From NCBI GenBank assembly GCA_965198005.1, contig CBDAOI010000003.1:928001-992000 (forward strand): a DNA stretch of 64,000 nt, written 5' to 3'. This DNA comes from Spirochaetia bacterium. GTDB lineage: Bacteria > Spirochaetota > Spirochaetia > SZUA-6 > Bin103. The notes under the pieces are model-generated. The model saw only the letters and a program-made list of their open reading frames with translations, ran no database searches and had not been told where the DNA came from. Both the position numbers and the translations under genes were made by a program. Below, in pieces: positions 39,592 through 49,694 of this stretch. Numbering within the stretch: the first letter of the stretch is position 1; every line of letters begins with the position of its first letter.

Positions 39592-42126
39592 GTGAATTAC
39601 GTCGAAGACAGGAACGCTCTCGTCGCGTGGTTGCGCCGCCAACTCATGGGGCCGGCCGGCGAGGAGAGCTTGTCAATGTCCCCGCGGGATCGATATCCGA
39701 CGGGAGTGCTGCATCCCATCGAACATGGTCGTTCCGGCATGGACCCGGCTTTCGCGGGGACCGACGAATCCGAAGAAGCCCTCCTCGACGACCAGGATGA
39801 CACGGCGCCCTCGGACGGCGAGCCGGACGAGCAACCGGTTGCCCAACCGGCCCGCCGGCGCCGCTACGTCCCGCCGTCCTCGGTAGGCTTCTCGTTCTTC
39901 GTTCGGGGCAATGTTTGTCTCTCCATCGTGCCATCCGCCGCCGTCTACCATGATCGCAACCACGAGCGTGACGAGCGGGGCCGATTTCTTCGCCCGCTGT
40001 ACGAGCGGTCCGAGCTTCCGGAGTGCTCCGTGGCCTGGTCGGCGTCCGCTGCTGCAAGCTACGAGACCAGCGATCGAATCTGGGAAGGGCGCGCCAGCAT
40101 AGACACTCGCGCCCGGCCACATCAAGGTGGCCTCGTCTTGACGGTCACCCTGTCGAACCGGGGGGAACTCGACGCGAATGCTTCGGGTCGCGACAGAACA
40201 CGCGACCGGGTGGAGAAGGCACTGTTCGAGGCTCGCCTGGAATGTGTGATCGAGAGCGGCGAGCTTGTCGACTACCCACGAGTCGATCCGAGTCTGCTCA
40301 CCGAGGAGGAGCAGGAGCTTGAGCTTCAGCACCGGCAACAACGAATCTACGCCATCGGTCACGGCGCTGCGGTAGACTGGGAGCTCAAACGTGGCCAACC
40401 AGCGCGGATCTGGTCCGACTTCATGCCCGAGGCTGAAGTGCCGTTGATCACCGTCCAAACGCTCGGAGAAGAGGGTGTCCTCTCCCTCGCCCGGCTCGCC
40501 GCGGCGCCGATACCGGATGAGCTCGAGCGCTTTGTCGACCGATACGCCGACTGGGTTGCCGAGCAGATTCGCGTCGCGTCGGCGTTCCCGAACCGGAGGG
40601 AACGGGCTGCCGCGAACCGTATCTGCGGCAGGATGGGCATTGCCTTCGAACGGATGCGCGCGTGCATCGAGATGTTGCGCACGGACGCGCTCGCCCAAGA
40701 GGCGTTTCGGTTGGCGAACCGCGCCATGCTGGATCAGATGCGCCAGGCAGACCGGGTGGCCGGCCGGGACACCGGCGCCTACCACTGGCGTCCGTTTCAG
40801 TTGGCATTCCTGCTGACGACCATGGAGTCCGTGATCCGGGAACAAGACGCGTTTCGCGAGGTGCTGGACCTCATCTGGTTTCCCACTGGTGGCGGCAAGA
40901 CCGAAGCCTACCTTGGCCTCATCGCGTTTCTCATCGTATGGCGCCGCCTGAGGCATCCCTCTTCGGGAGGAGGGACTTGCGCCTTCATGCGTTACACGTT
41001 GCGACTGCTTACCCGCCAGCAGTTCGAACGTGCGGCGCGCATGGTGTGCGCGTTGGAACTGATTCGAAGGGGGAATGCAGCACGGTACGGCGAGGCTCCC
41101 ATCGACATCGGCATCTGGGTCGGCCGCGAGTTCAGCCCCAACACGTTCGTTCAGGCTCGGGAACTGGTGGACGAGATCAGGGATGGCAGGCCAGAAGCGC
41201 GCCACAAGCTTCTCCTGGAACGTTGTCCATGGTGCGGCACCTTGTTCGACGTTGAGCGCGGCTACCATGCGTCGAGAGATGACTTCAGTTTTCAGTGCGT
41301 GGACCGGGAGTGCGCATTCGGCATCGATTCCCGCCCGCTGCCCTGCAACGTCGTGGACGAAGCCCTCTATCGACGCCCGCCTTCTCTGCTGGTCGGAACC
41401 ATCGACAAGTTTGCGCGTCTCGCTTGGGAGGAACGGGCCGGCGCGTTCTTCGGTGTCGGCAACGGCTCGCGTCCGCCCGAGCTGGTGATCCAGGACGAGT
41501 TGCATCTGATCACGGGGCCGCTCGGTTCGGTCGCGGGACTGTACGAAGCGGGTCTCGAAACGCTGCTGGTCCAGCGCGGTGTTCGTCCCAAGTACGTCGC
41601 CTCCACCGCCACCATCCGGATGGCGGAGCAGCAGGTCCGGCGCCTGTATGCGCGCGAGCTTGCCGTGTTCCCACCGCCGGGACTGTCACACGACGATTCG
41701 TACTTCGCCCGCGCGGACCGGGAGCATCCGGGGCGGCTCTATGTCGGCTACCTGTCGCCGATGCTCGATCAACAGCGTTGCCTCGCGCCGCTCGCCGCAG
41801 CGTTGCTGGCTGCCCCGCTAACAGTGTTCGACGGGCATCCCGACCGGGACGCGTTGCTCGATGCGTGGTGGACCCAGGTGATCTACCACGGCAGCCTCAA
41901 AGGAGTGGGCAACAGCCACAACGCGTTCATGACTGACGTGCGCGATTTCGGGCGGTGGCTCACCGGCGGGGGTGAGGAACAGCGAGACAACGAGCATCAA
42001 CCGGACGGCACGGCAGGGCGGTTCCAGCACGTACGCATCGCTCAGCTCACGAGTCGGCGGCCTGCCGAGGAGAATGCCGGCCCGGGCTGCGGTAGACCCC
42101 GAGCGCGCGCCCGCTGCCGCCCTTGA
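39592..42126 (+). pseudogene. DISARM DrmA-like SF2 helicase, 3'-truncated
   Basis: WRPFQLAF, FPTGGGKTEAY, RYTLRLLT.QQF.RAA, CPWCG, QDELHL, ASTAT; breaks off after AQLTSR at ~42075 before the HelicaseC motifs. Confidence 0.85.
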
Positions 42127-43003
42127 GGCGCGGGTCGAGCAGGTCGCGGACGGCGTCGCCGAACATGTTCACGCCGTACACCACCACCGCCAGACAGATG
42201 CCGGGAAACAGCGCCAGCTCCGGCTTGCGTTCCATGTAGCGGCGGCCGTCGCCGCTGAGCATTCCGCCCCAGCTCGGCACCTGCAGCGGCAGGCCGAAGC
42301 CGAGGAAGCTGAGCGCGGCCTCGTCCAGGATGATGTAGCCGATGTTGATCGAGTAGATGATGATCACCGGCGCGACGATGTTGGGCAGCACGTGGCGCAG
42401 CACCGTGCGCAGCTTGCGGTTGCCGATCGCCGCGGCCGCGGCGATGTAGTCGTTCTCCTTGATGCCGATCACGGCGCTGCGCAGGATGCGCGAGTTGTGG
42501 ATGCCGTACAGGAGGCCCAGCACCACGATGATCTGCAGCGTGCCGCGGCCCACGATCGACATCACCGTGAGCAGCACCAGCAGCCCCGGAAACGCCATCC
42601 AGCCGTCGACGAAGCGCTGCACCACGATGTCGTAGCGGCCCCCGAGATAGCCGGACGGCACCCCGATCGCCGCCGCCACCACGATGGTGACCGTGGTCGC
42701 GGCCAGGCCCACCACCAGCGAGATGCGGGCACCGTGAACCAGGCGGGTCAGAATGTCGCGGCCCGCCCCGTCGGCGCCCAGCAGGTGCTTGGCGGACGGC
42801 GGCGCCAGCCGGTCCATCACGATCATCTCGTCCACCTCGTAGCGGGTCAGCACGTCGGCGAAGATCCCGCACACCAGCAGCAGCAGGATGATGATCGCCC
42901 CCACCAGGCCGAGCGGCTTCTCGCGCACCAGGCGGACGAAGAAGTCGGCCACGGGGCCGCGCGTGGTGGCGTCCGGTGCGCCGGCGGCAGGGAGGTCGGC
43001 CAC
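42047..43003 (-). CDS. ABC transporter permease, DppC family
   Basis: LGADGAGRDI, RHVLPN, EAALSFLGFG, NMFGDAVRDLLDPR; GTG start overlaps the dppB stop. Confidence 0.92.
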   Translation of the reverse strand: MADLPAAGAPDATTRGPVADFFVRLVREKPLGLVGAIIILLLLVCGIFADVLTRYEVDEMIVMDRLAPPSAKHLLGADGAGRDILTRLVHGARISLVVGLAATTVTIVVAAAIGVPSGYLGGRYDIVVQRFVDGWMAFPGLLVLLTVMSIVGRGTLQIIVVLGLLYGIHNSRILRSAVIGIKENDYIAAAAAIGNRKLRTVLRHVLPNIVAPVIIIYSINIGYIILDEAALSFLGFGLPLQVPSWGGMLSGDGRRYMERKPELALFPGICLAVVVYGVNMFGDAVRDLLDPRLKGGSGRALGVYRSPGRHSPRQAADS

Positions 43004-43971
43004 TACCGGTACCGCACCCGTGGGTCGAGGAAGGCGTAGGAAAGATCCACCAGCAGGTTCGCCAGCACCACCGCGGTGGCGATCACCAGGTTGATGCCGG
43101 ACACCAGCGTGTAGTCGCGCCTCTGCAGGGCGTCCAGCGCCAGCCGGCCGAGACCGGGCAGCGCGAAGATCTGCTCGATGATCACCGCGCCGCCGACCAT
43201 CACCGGCAGGCTCGCCCCGACGATGGTCACCACCGGAATCAGCGCGTTCTGCAGCGCGTGTCCGATCACCACCGCGCGTTGCCGCAGCCCCTTGGACCAG
43301 GCGGTCCTGATGTAGTCCTGGCGCAGCACCTCCAGCATCATGGCGCGCGTCATGCGCATGGTGGTGCCGGCCATCGCCATCGCCAGGATGAACGCGGGGA
43401 TAATGAACATGCCGAGGTTGCCGAGCGGATCGTCCCGGAGGTGCACCAACTCCGGGTTGGGCGACCACCCCCACCAGATCGCCGGGTAGAGCACCACCAG
43501 CGTCGCCACCCAGAAACTCGGCACGGCGATGAACACGATCGCCACGCTGCGCGCCGCGAAGTCGCCGACCGTGTCCTGACGCACCGCCGAGTAGATGCCG
43601 ATCGGCAGCGAGATCAACAGCGAGATCACGAACCCCAGGAAGCCCAGCTCGAAGGTCACGCCGATGCGGCTGCCGATCATCTGCGTCACCGGCAGGTGCG
43701 AGCGCAGCGAGTCGCCGAGGCTGCCGCGCAGCACGATGCCGGTCAGCCAGCGCACGTACTGCACGTGCATCGGCACGTCCAGCCCCAGTGCCTTCTCCAG
43801 CACTGCGCGGTCGAACACTTCAGCACCGGCGGTGCCGCCGCCCACCACCTCGGCCGCCATGGCGTCGATCACGTCGACCGGCAGCAGGCGGACTACCGCG
43901 AACACGAGCAGCGACACCATGAACAGCGTGACGATGACCAGCAGCAGTCGGCGGATCAGGTAGGTGCGCAT
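43003..43971 (-). CDS. ABC transporter permease, DppB family
   Basis: MRTYLIRRLL, QDYIRTAWSKGL, DPRVRY. Confidence 0.95.
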   Translation of the reverse strand: MRTYLIRRLLLVIVTLFMVSLLVFAVVRLLPVDVIDAMAAEVVGGGTAGAEVFDRAVLEKALGLDVPMHVQYVRWLTGIVLRGSLGDSLRSHLPVTQMIGSRIGVTFELGFLGFVISLLISLPIGIYSAVRQDTVGDFAARSVAIVFIAVPSFWVATLVVLYPAIWWGWSPNPELVHLRDDPLGNLGMFIIPAFILAMAMAGTTMRMTRAMMLEVLRQDYIRTAWSKGLRQRAVVIGHALQNALIPVVTIVGASLPVMVGGAVIIEQIFALPGLGRLALDALQRRDYTLVSGINLVIATAVVLANLLVDLSYAFLDPRVRYR

Positions 43972-44083
43972 CGGTCAGCCGGCGTCGGGGGCGCGCGCCG
44001 GGCGTGCCGGTAGTCAGACGCGATTAGCGCCCCAAAACCGCCGCCTGTCCGGCGCCGCTTTTGGCCCATCCCGTCCGATCACT

Positions 44084-44112
44084 AGGAGCCTGTCGCAATC
44101 CGACAGACTCCT
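44084..44112 (-). terminator. Hairpin immediately after the SBP stop
   Basis: aggagcctgtcg / cgacagactcct, one mismatch. Confidence 0.55.
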
Positions 44113-45503
44113 CTAGTGGCCCATCCGGGCGCGGAGGTCCTGATCGATCCACAGATACACCAGCACCTGCACTGTGCGCTCCATGCTGCCTCCCCACTCG
44201 CCGCGGTAGCCCTTGATCCACGGCTGGTAGAGCGCGTAGAACGGCCCGCGCGGCAGCACCAGGTTGTACACCTGACCGATGATGTACTGGTCCATCTCCA
44301 TGAACGTCCGCACCAGCGTCTCCTGGTCCGGCGCCGCCATGGCCGCGTCGATCATGCCGTTGAGCGTGTCGTCGGTGACCTGCGTGTTGACGTTCGGAGA
44401 TCCATACCAGTGGGCGGTTACCCAGTAGGGGTTGTCCAGGTTCGGCCGTCGCGGCGACCAGACCGAATTGATTTCCTTGGCCCTGCCCTCGCCCTTGGCG
44501 CTCCAGGCCAGCCCGCCGTCCTCGTAGGCGTTGAGTTCGACGTCGACCCCGATCTTGTCCCAGTAGCTGGTGATCACCTGGGCCAGGTCCAGATCGTTCG
44601 CCGAGCACGCGCACACGTCCCAGCCGACGCTGAATCTGACACCGTCGGCGCCGCGCGGGTACCCCGCCTCGTCGAGCAGCCGTTCGGCGGCGTCCGGGTC
44701 GAAGGTGTACAGCTCCTGCACTTCGGCCGACCACTCGTCGAACGGGTTGGACATGCCCAGGGCGAAGCGCGGGATGTGGCCCCACAGCGAGGTGTCCGCC
44801 TCGCCGCCGAAGAACGCGGCGTTGAGCTCGTCGAGGTCGATCGGCCGGGCGCGAACGCGCTCCTGCCGGTGCGCAGCGCCGCCACCCGGGCCGCGGCGTC
44901 CGGCATGATGAACAGCTTGACGCCGTCGAGATAGGGGAGCTGGTTCGCCAGATCGGGGAAGATCGGGTCGGTCTGCCAGTAGTCGGGGTTGCGCTCGTAG
45001 GTCAGGGTGGAGCCCTCGACGTAGTCGCTGATCATGAACGGCCCGGTGCCGACCACGTTGCGCCAGTCCTTCATGTCGCCGTGGGTGTCGATCACCTCGC
45101 GCGCCACCATCACCGCGACCCCCTGGGTGGAGGCCGGCCCGCCGAGGATCAGCCGGGTGGTATACGGGTTGTGGGCGGAGGTCTTGAACTCCACGGTGTA
45201 GTCGTCCAGGGCGGTCACCGACTCCACCGGCGCCATGGTGCCATGATAGTAGGGGCTGGGGCCGACCTCGGCGAACTCGCCGAGTCCGTGGTTGCGGCTC
45301 CAGGTGTAGACCACGTCGTGGGCGGTGAACTCGCGCCCGTTGACCGGCGGCTTGTCGTGCCACTTCACCCCCCGGCGGAGATGGAACACGTAGGTATCGG
45401 GGGCGGTCCGCTCCCAGCTCTCGGCCAGCTCGCCGCCGAAGAAGTTGATATCCTCGTAGACCGTGCCCATCGGGAACTGGTCGCGCGGCAGCGCCCAGTT
45501 CAC
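44113..45503 (-). pseudogene. Family-5 substrate-binding protein, 5'-truncated and internally deleted/frameshifted
   Basis: GELAESWE, VGTGPF, LPYLD in ORF 44574-45503; frame change near 44850 to DPDAAERLLDEAGYP...WIDQ. Confidence 0.85.
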
Positions 45504-45504
45504 C

Positions 45505-45815
45505 GATGGCTACGTAGAGGAATTGCCCATGCCCACCGTTGCTGGCTGGGCGCGGACTTGGTGGCCGAGGTGATCAGCCCGGACAATCCCTATCGGGACC
45601 TGGTGGAGAAGCGCGCGGACTACGCCGAGGCGGGCATCCGGGAGTATTGGGTCGCCGACCTGCGTGACGAGACCATCCGGGTGCTCACGCTGCAGGGTGC
45701 CGCGTACGTCGAGCATGGCGTGTACGCGCGCGGCGGCACGGCGACGTCGCCGCGACTGGCAGGCTTCGCTGCGGAGGTGAGCGCGGTGTTCGACGCCCCG
45801 GCTGCCCGAGTGTGA
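45505..45815 (+). pseudogene. Uma2-family endonuclease fragment
   Basis: GADLVAEVISP...KRADYAEAGIREYWVAD; N-terminus missing. Confidence 0.8.
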
Positions 45816-45940
45816 GTGGCGGCGCTGGTCGCCTTCTCCGGCGAGCACGAGTCCGGCGGAGCAAAGGTGAGCGAGGCGTCGCTGAACGGCCCGCCCTCGC
45901 TGTCCTCGGCCCTCGCGTTGACAGGGCCGGGCCGCCGTTG

Positions 45941-46825
45941 TCAGGGTTGATGCTGCAGCGCGTCATGGATCTGCCCCAGGACGGCCGGGTCCAGCACCAG
46001 GGAAACGTGACTGGCTCCTTCGGCGACGATGACGGTGCTGCCCTTGTCCTTGAGGAACTGCACTTCGGCATCGAGGAGACGCCCGACGACGGTGTCCGCC
46101 GTACCGTAGACGTAGATCGCCTGCCGTAGATCGGTGTGGGCGAGACGTTGCGTGTAGCGGTCGAAGAACGTGGCGCCGGCAATGCGCAGTTCGATGAATT
46201 CGCGGTCGGTGGCGGGTTGCCGGTCCGACAACTCCGCATCCGTTGCGTTCGGAAAGTCGTAGAACGTTCCCGCCAGGGCGCCGTCGACGAATTCCCGCGG
46301 CATGTTCAGGCGCCCGGCAATCATCACGTAGCGGTCAGCGGCCTCCGGTCCCCAACGCGACAGATACCGGGCGACGAGGAACGCTCCGTAGGAGTAGCCG
46401 ACCACGACGACCCGCTTGCCCTGAGATGCGAAGTGGTCGATCGTGCGCCGCAGGATCTCCACGCTGACGTCGACCTCGGCCTGGAGATCCGTCCGGGACA
46501 ACATCGCATGTCGAGGGGCCAGATCGCGATTGAGGGTGAGCGTCTGGTGTGCCTGCACGAGCTGGATCTGCTCGTTCCCGGGATAGAGCGCGAAGGGGAT
46601 GAGCACCTTATCGGTGATCTCGTGCGACGGGCCGCCCTGTTCGAAGATCCACACCGTATCGGCGCCGGGATTTGCGGCGACCTCGAACAGCTCGGTGACG
46701 TCAGCCGGCAGCCGCGTTGGCCGGTACTCCGGCGGCGCCCCCAAGTTACCGCAACCGACCGCGAGCACTCCGGCCAGGAGCAGCGCGACCGGGCGCAGGT
46801 ACCGGATCATCCGAAACGTTTGCAT
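45941..46825 (-). CDS. Alpha/beta hydrolase lipoprotein
   Basis: Lipobox LAVGC, QGGP oxyanion loop, nucleophile GYSYG, GTAD and late His. Confidence 0.8.
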   Translation of the reverse strand: MQTFRMIRYLRPVALLLAGVLAVGCGNLGAPPEYRPTRLPADVTELFEVAANPGADTVWIFEQGGPSHEITDKVLIPFALYPGNEQIQLVQAHQTLTLNRDLAPRHAMLSRTDLQAEVDVSVEILRRTIDHFASQGKRVVVVGYSYGAFLVARYLSRWGPEAADRYVMIAGRLNMPREFVDGALAGTFYDFPNATDAELSDRQPATDREFIELRIAGATFFDRYTQRLAHTDLRQAIYVYGTADTVVGRLLDAEVQFLKDKGSTVIVAEGASHVSLVLDPAVLGQIHDALQHQP

Positions 46826-46986
46826 CGCAACCTCCCGCCGCGCGTGTTCCTCTCGCCGGGCTTCCGTCACCCGGCCTCGGGCACCGCTGACTCGGTGCCA
46901 CGACACACTATCACGAGCAGGCACGGGCGCGAATCGTCACGCATCGTCAATGGAACGATTCAAATGATCATGATATATTAAATCAC

Positions 46987-48165
46987 ATGTTCAACAGATC
47001 CCTGGTGCTGCCGGCTTCTGGGAATGAGACCTTCTTTCTGTGGGGGCCGCGCCAAGCGGGCAAGAGCACCCTGCTCAGGCACTGCTACCCCAATGCGCTC
47101 TGGGTCGATCTACTGAAGAGCGAGGTGTTCCGGCGCTATCTCGATCATCCCGAGTACCTGCGCCAGGAATTGGCATCGGCGGCGACGCTTGCCGGGCGGC
47201 AGATCGTCATCGACGAGGTTCAGAAGGTGCCCGCGCTGCTCGACGAGGTGCACTGGTTGATCGAGAATCGCGGGCTCTATTTCGCACTGTGCGGGTCCAG
47301 CGCCCGCAAGGTGCGCCGCGGCGCCGCCAACCTGCTCGGGGGGCGGGCCGTGCGCTACGAGCTGCGCGGTCTCACCGCCGGCGAGCTTGGTGATGCCTTC
47401 GACCTGGATCGGATGCTGAACCACGGTTACCTGCCGCGCATCTACCAGGCGGCCCGTCCGCGGCGGCGGCTCGACGCCTACGTCGCCGACTACCTGCGCG
47501 AAGAGGTCGCCGCCGAAGGTCTGGTCCGCAATCTGCCGGCATTCTCCGGCTTCCTGGACGCCGCCGCGCTCAGCGACGGAGAGATGGTCAACTTCTCCAA
47601 CGTCGCGCGTGAGTGCGGCGTATCGAGCCCAACGGCCAAGGCCTACTTCGAGATCCTGCACGACACGTTGCTCGGACGCTGGCTGCACGGGTACCGCCGG
47701 CGGCGTAAGCGCCGCCTGATCGGTGCTCCGAAGTTCTACTTCGCCGACGTGGGGGTGGTGAACCGCCTGACCCGCCGCGGCGAGCTGTCGCCGGGGTCGC
47801 AACTCTACGGTAAGGCGTTCGAGAACTGGGTCTATCATGAGCTGTCCGCCTGCAACGAGTACCGGGAGTGGGACCTCGAGTTGACCTACTGGCGGCTGCC
47901 GAGCGGCATCGAAGTGGACTTCGTGCTCGGCGACGTGGAGGTCGCGGTGGAGGCGAAGGCGAGCGCCCGCATCACGCGCGATCATCTGCGCGGTCTGCGC
48001 ACCCTGGTCGAGGAGCATCCCGACGTTCGCCGGCGCATTGTCGTCTGCCTGGAACCGCGCGCCCGCCGCACCGACGACGGTATCGACATCCTTCCCGCGG
48101 CGGAGTTCGTGCGCCGCCTCAGACAGGGTGAGCTGGCTGGTCAGGGCTGGGTTGCTGGCGCGTGA
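46987..48165 (+). CDS. AAA_14 ATPase with DUF4143 / restriction-like C-terminus
   Basis: GPRQAGKST, IDEVQK, GSS, KFYFADVG, FEN, EVDF...VEAK. Confidence 0.9.
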   Translation: MFNRSLVLPASGNETFFLWGPRQAGKSTLLRHCYPNALWVDLLKSEVFRRYLDHPEYLRQELASAATLAGRQIVIDEVQKVPALLDEVHWLIENRGLYFALCGSSARKVRRGAANLLGGRAVRYELRGLTAGELGDAFDLDRMLNHGYLPRIYQAARPRRRLDAYVADYLREEVAAEGLVRNLPAFSGFLDAAALSDGEMVNFSNVARECGVSSPTAKAYFEILHDTLLGRWLHGYRRRRKRRLIGAPKFYFADVGVVNRLTRRGELSPGSQLYGKAFENWVYHELSACNEYREWDLELTYWRLPSGIEVDFVLGDVEVAVEAKASARITRDHLRGLRTLVEEHPDVRRRIVVCLEPRARRTDDGIDILPAAEFVRRLRQGELAGQGWVAGA

Positions 48166-48208
48166 GCGCGCTCGAGTTGGGCTCGCGCCATGATCAGGCG
48201 GGGTTGCG

Positions 48209-48334
48209 GTGGTCGAGAACATCCGCACGATTCTGCCGACCGCGACGCTGTTCGCGGCGAGACCGAGGAGCAGTTCGAGCGCACCCGCCGGGCGATGGAA
48301 GAGTTCGCCTTCGACATGGCCTACGTCGTCATGT
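48209..48334 (+). repeat. Diverged partial copy of miaB
   Basis: Matches 19926-20073 with a few substitutions and a 22-bp deletion. Confidence 0.85.
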
Positions 48335-48386
48335 GCAAGACGAGCTGCCTGGGATATAGTCTCGGTCAGGCACACAGGAGCAAACC

Positions 48387-49067
48387 ATGATCACGATCAA
48401 GTGGCTGGCCCATGCGTCGTTTCTCATCCGGGGCGATGGGCTGCGCATCATCACCGATCCCTACAACCCCGACGTACTCGATCTGCCCCCCGTCACCGAG
48501 CCGGCCGACGTCGTGATTCGCAGCTCTGACGATGACGACGGTCACTGCTTCGTCGACACCATTCCGCCGGGGTTCGATCTGATTACCGCCACCGAGATCG
48601 TGGACACAGGAGCGAGCGTCAGGGGCCTCGCGGTCAGCGCGGTCTGGGCGCAGGAGAGCCTGGTCCACAAGGACGCGCCGAGCGACAACGCAATGTACCG
48701 ATTCGAGCTGGGCGGAATACAGGTCAGCCACATGGGAGACGTGGGAAACCCCCTGACTGACCGGCAGATGGCCGCGCTCGCCGGCACCGACGTGTTGCTC
48801 GCGCTCGCCGGCGGGCCGCCGACGATCGAGCTCGACGATCTGTGCGCCGTCATCGAGTCGGTCAAGCCCCGGGTAGTGATTCCGATGCATTACCGCATCC
48901 CCGGCGTGGGCTTCTTCATGCTCCCGGTAACCGAGCTCGCCAGCCGTTTCGCCGCCGGGTCCGTTACTCACGTTGGAAGCGCCGAGATCGAACTCAGCCG
49001 CGATTCATTGCCCGACGACACTCGTCTCTACGTGATGCAGCCGTCGCTCGCCGGGGCGCCGGCCTGA
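48387..49067 (+). CDS. MBL-fold metallo-hydrolase
   Basis: IKWLAHASF, ITDPY, HMGD, VIPMHY; HxHxDH motif replaced by SDDDDGH. Confidence 0.85.
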   Translation: MITIKWLAHASFLIRGDGLRIITDPYNPDVLDLPPVTEPADVVIRSSDDDDGHCFVDTIPPGFDLITATEIVDTGASVRGLAVSAVWAQESLVHKDAPSDNAMYRFELGGIQVSHMGDVGNPLTDRQMAALAGTDVLLALAGGPPTIELDDLCAVIESVKPRVVIPMHYRIPGVGFFMLPVTELASRFAAGSVTHVGSAEIELSRDSLPDDTRLYVMQPSLAGAPA

Positions 49068-49100
49068 GCCAGGTTTCGCAAGCAGGACTGCACGACGGCT

Positions 49101-49190
49101 ATGGCGCACGAGATTCGGCTGCAGGACGGCACCATCGTCAAGTGGCTGAAGAACGAAGGCGATCCCATCCGGGAGGGCGAGGCCCTGCCG
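49101..49190 (+). pseudogene. Biotin/lipoyl-attachment domain fragment
   Basis: MAHEIR..DGTIVKWLKNEGDPIREGEAL, truncated before the lipoyl lysine. Confidence 0.55.
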
Positions 49191-49438
49191 GCAGTGCCGT
49201 GGCGGACCCTGGCGTGACCGGGCGGGCTTGGGGCCGCCGGAAACAAAGTGAAGAAAGTGCAATCGAGCGCTTGATCGCTTTGGCGGGGATGTGCGAAGGT
49301 ATCGGGGTTGGGGACTCGAACGGATACGAATGATGCTTGACTACGCAATGCAGCCCTGCCACCGGCCCACGCTACTGGCGCCCGAGCACCGCCGCCCGGG
49401 GTGCCGCTTTGGCCCATCCCGTTCGTTTACCCCCTGTA

Positions 49439-49471
<33 letters not shown>

Positions 49472-49694
49472 TTACGCACCGAGAAACAACTAACCGCTCG
49501 GGCTGATCGCCCCGTACGCGACCCCGCGCACACCGTCGCCTTCACCACCGCCGTAGCTATCGGTGGCGCCCGCTCGGTCCATCGCCGAACCGGCATGCTG
49601 GCCGCCCACGTCCTTCCAGGCGACCGCAACCGTCCCGGATCCCCGCCCGCGACTAACTGCCCGCAAAACCCACCGCCTGCGTTGGCGGCGGGAG

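Noticed and set aside
35673-41129. 103-bp repeat pair as DGR template and variable repeats
   Set aside because: The copies are identical with no adenine-specific differences, and the repeat lies mid-helicase
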